Source: Thermoplasmatota archaeon
GTDB taxonomy: Archaea; Thermoplasmatota; E2; JACPAO01; JAHFTW01
Length of the DNA stretch: 64,000 nucleotides
Direction: 5' to 3'
Assembly: GCA_041659985.1 (NCBI GenBank)
Contig: JBAZXE010000003.1
Location: 1,977 to 65,976 of the forward strand
Position 1 is the first letter of the stretch, and each line of letters begins with the position of its first letter. This document shows, piece after piece, positions 61,943 to 64,000 of the stretch. The notes beneath the pieces were generated by a model. It saw only the letters and a list, made by a program, of their open reading frames with translations. It had not been told where the DNA came from and made no database searches. Both the position numbers and the translations under genes were made by a program.

Positions 61943-63529
61943 ATGAAACTCCCCACCCTTCTGACCCTTGGTCTCCTGTTGGCGGCAGCATTCGTCGCCC
62001 TTCCATCCGCACAGGCCGCACCGCCCGGTCCCCAATGCGTCCTTCCGTGCGATGGGCCGATTCCCGACCCCGAAGAGGTGCCGACCTGCAAACCGGTCGA
62101 CCGCTACGACAACGGCGGGACCCTCCACACACGGGTCGACGCCGACTGCCACATCCGCATCGACAACAAGCCGTACGACTGCGTCTGGAACTGCGGCTGG
62201 CACACCGTCGTCGACACGCCCTACCTGACGATTCGCACGTACGGACAGAACAGTGGGGAACCGGCGTCCGCCTCAGCAGCCCCGCCGCCCGGCATCCAGC
62301 CGCCCCCGCAGTGCGTGACCTCGCCCTGCTGCTTCGCGCCATGCCCACCCCCGTGCTACGACACGGGATGCCCGCCTCCGGTGGCCTGTCGCGACGCCGA
62401 GGCTCGCACCAGCGACCTCCTGGCCTACATGGGCCCGCAAGCCGGCGCCGTGCTGCACCGCGACTGCACCCTTGACCTCTACGAGGATGACGTCATCTGC
62501 CCCTCCGGATGGGAGAAGACCGAGGACAACCGGCGCAGCGTGGGTGGCCGCGTCGACGTGTCGTACGACAGTTGCGAGGAACGCCTCGACTGCACGTGCG
62601 ACCCCCTGCCCATCGAGTTCACTTCGGCCAACGCCGCCGCCATTGAGCCGCCCATCACCATCAAGGTCGTGGATTGCGTCCAGGCCCCCTGTCCGCCCAT
62701 CGTGCGCTGTTCGCCCCGCGAGGTCGATGGCGCCTACCTCTTCGGCGCGTACGTCGAGAGCGACTGCGACGCCACAATCGGCCTCATTGATGCCTACCGG
62801 CTCTGCCCACCCGGGCTCGACCACCAGCAGGTGCGCCGCACCCAGGAAACACCGGCCAACGACGCCACCGTCGTCGTCAACTACTGCGCACCCGGTTTGG
62901 ATTGCGCCTGCGATCCAATCCTGCAAGAGCAATCCGCTTCGGCCATTGAGCCGCCCGTGGGCATCGAATTCGTGCAGTGCACAACGGCGCCTTGTCCGCC
63001 ACAAGTCTGGTGCAACGTCCACGGCCACGCCGCCGTGTTCCAGTACGACATGACCCGTTCCTGCGGCCACGTGACCCTCACCCAGGACCCGCTTCCCTGC
63101 GAGGGAACCCGGCACGAGACCACCACGCAGGGTCCGCTGACGGTCCGCCGGTCGTACTGCGGCCCGGGGATCGACCCGTCGGCGGCCTCCATGCAGCCGC
63201 CGATCGTCTGCGTGATGGCCCCGTGCGGCCCGCAGTGCATCGTCCCATGCGTCCCGCAAGTCGTGCCGACGGATTGCGAGCTGCGCGAAGCGACGCCGCA
63301 GACGGTTGGGCCGCTTGCCATTCCGGCCAACCCTCGAACGTTGGTCTGGGGCAGCAGCACGTCGGACTGCACCATCGACGTCGAACCCGTCTACGACTGC
63401 GTCGGTGGCTGGGGTTTCGACCGTCACGTGACAGCCGCGTTCATCGACGTGACGGCGCGGGTGTGCACCGGCGGTCCGTTCCCGCCGGCCCTGGTGCAAG
63501 TCATCCTGGACGCCTTGGCGCTCGAATAG
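61943..63529 (+). CDS. Secreted Cys/Pro-rich repeat protein B (40 Cys)
   Basis: Signal peptide MKLPTLLTLGLLLAAAFVALPSAQA. Five 4-Cys modules joined by (A/S)-rich and APCPP..C linkers. Starts 4 nt after protein A. Confidence 0.65.
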   Translation: MKLPTLLTLGLLLAAAFVALPSAQAAPPGPQCVLPCDGPIPDPEEVPTCKPVDRYDNGGTLHTRVDADCHIRIDNKPYDCVWNCGWHTVVDTPYLTIRTYGQNSGEPASASAAPPPGIQPPPQCVTSPCCFAPCPPPCYDTGCPPPVACRDAEARTSDLLAYMGPQAGAVLHRDCTLDLYEDDVICPSGWEKTEDNRRSVGGRVDVSYDSCEERLDCTCDPLPIEFTSANAAAIEPPITIKVVDCVQAPCPPIVRCSPREVDGAYLFGAYVESDCDATIGLIDAYRLCPPGLDHQQVRRTQETPANDATVVVNYCAPGLDCACDPILQEQSASAIEPPVGIEFVQCTTAPCPPQVWCNVHGHAAVFQYDMTRSCGHVTLTQDPLPCEGTRHETTTQGPLTVRRSYCGPGIDPSAASMQPPIVCVMAPCGPQCIVPCVPQVVPTDCELREATPQTVGPLAIPANPRTLVWGSSTSDCTIDVEPVYDCVGGWGFDRHVTAAFIDVTARVCTGGPFPPALVQVILDALALE

Positions 63530-63637
63530 GACGCTCGACCCGGCCTCTCCCTTCTTCCCGACCTCGTTTGGGCGAACCGGTGGCCTTCGACGCTGCACCC
63601 AAGGAGCTTGAATACTAAGAGCGGGGCGTCTCTCCCC

Positions 63638-64000
63638 ATGCGCCCCATGCTGGCCATGCTCTTGCTGGCCCTGCTTGCCGCCTCCCTCTCGGGATGCGCC
63701 TCCAACGACCCCGCCGCCCTGCCTGCCGACGAACCGTCCGAGGGATTCCAAAACGACCTCTTTGCCGGTGAGGCGGACGCAGGGACCCCGGCGGGAGACG
63801 CGGGCTCGCATGGCACCCCGCAGCGCGAGGACGGCCCTGTTGAAACCGGCTCCGAGGCGCCCCTCCAGTTCCCCGGGTCCTACGCCCGCCGCACCATCAC
63901 CATCAGCAACGACTTCGGCGGCGCCTCCCTCGGCACCCTCTTCGCCGGCGTCGAATCGGGCACCATCACGGTCGTGCCCGGTGAAGGCGAGGACTCCACA
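63638..64000 (+). CDS. Lipoprotein, 3'-truncated by window edge
   Basis: ATG 63638. MRPMLAMLLLALLAASLSGC lipobox. I translated the frame by hand to nt 64000 and found no stop (absent from the ORF track because it is open-ended). Confidence 0.6.
   Translation, partial: MRPMLAMLLLALLAASLSGCASNDPAALPADEPSEGFQNDLFAGEADAGTPAGDAGSHGTPQREDGPVETGSEAPLQFPGSYARRTITISNDFGGASLGTLFAGVESGTITVVPGEGEDST

Overview
High-GC (hand-sampled lines mostly ~65-70% G+C), very gene-dense chromosomal segment of an archaeon. Evidence for archaeal origin: the L7Ae-S28e-L24e ribosomal cluster, Pth2, Tsr3, Nob1, RNase P Pop5, NAC, prefoldin beta, a PAC2 proteasome chaperone, TrmI and a geranylgeranyl reductase. Bacterial-looking accessories (PlsB-like acyltransferase, class II LysRS, truncated haemoglobin, many lipobox lipoproteins) hint at an uncultured Thermoplasmatota/Poseidoniales-like lineage, but that is inference only. 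I call ~75 CDS, 2 tRNAs (Arg-CCG, Gly-GCC), four copies of a ~70-nt palindromic repeat element, a tandem repeat plus inverted repeat beside tRNA-Arg, and several AT-rich promoter-like boxes spaced for leaderless mRNAs. Many adjacent genes overlap by ATGA/GTGA/TTGA. I saw no rRNA, CRISPR array, transposase or integrase. The candidates I rate highest as undescribed biology are: (1) a tandem pair of secreted Cys/Pro-rich proteins built from an unrecognised 4-Cys module (60805-63529); (2) three tandem paralogs of a ~11-TM membrane protein with a 39-aa block invariant between the first two copies, linked to ACT and amino-acid-permease genes (35746-41734); (3) an operon ending in a membrane-tethered double winged-helix regulator (17285-20158); and (4) the palindromic element family that extends ORF ends. 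All functional names come from by-eye motif recognition; no database search was possible. Long antisense ORFs are treated as high-GC artefacts.
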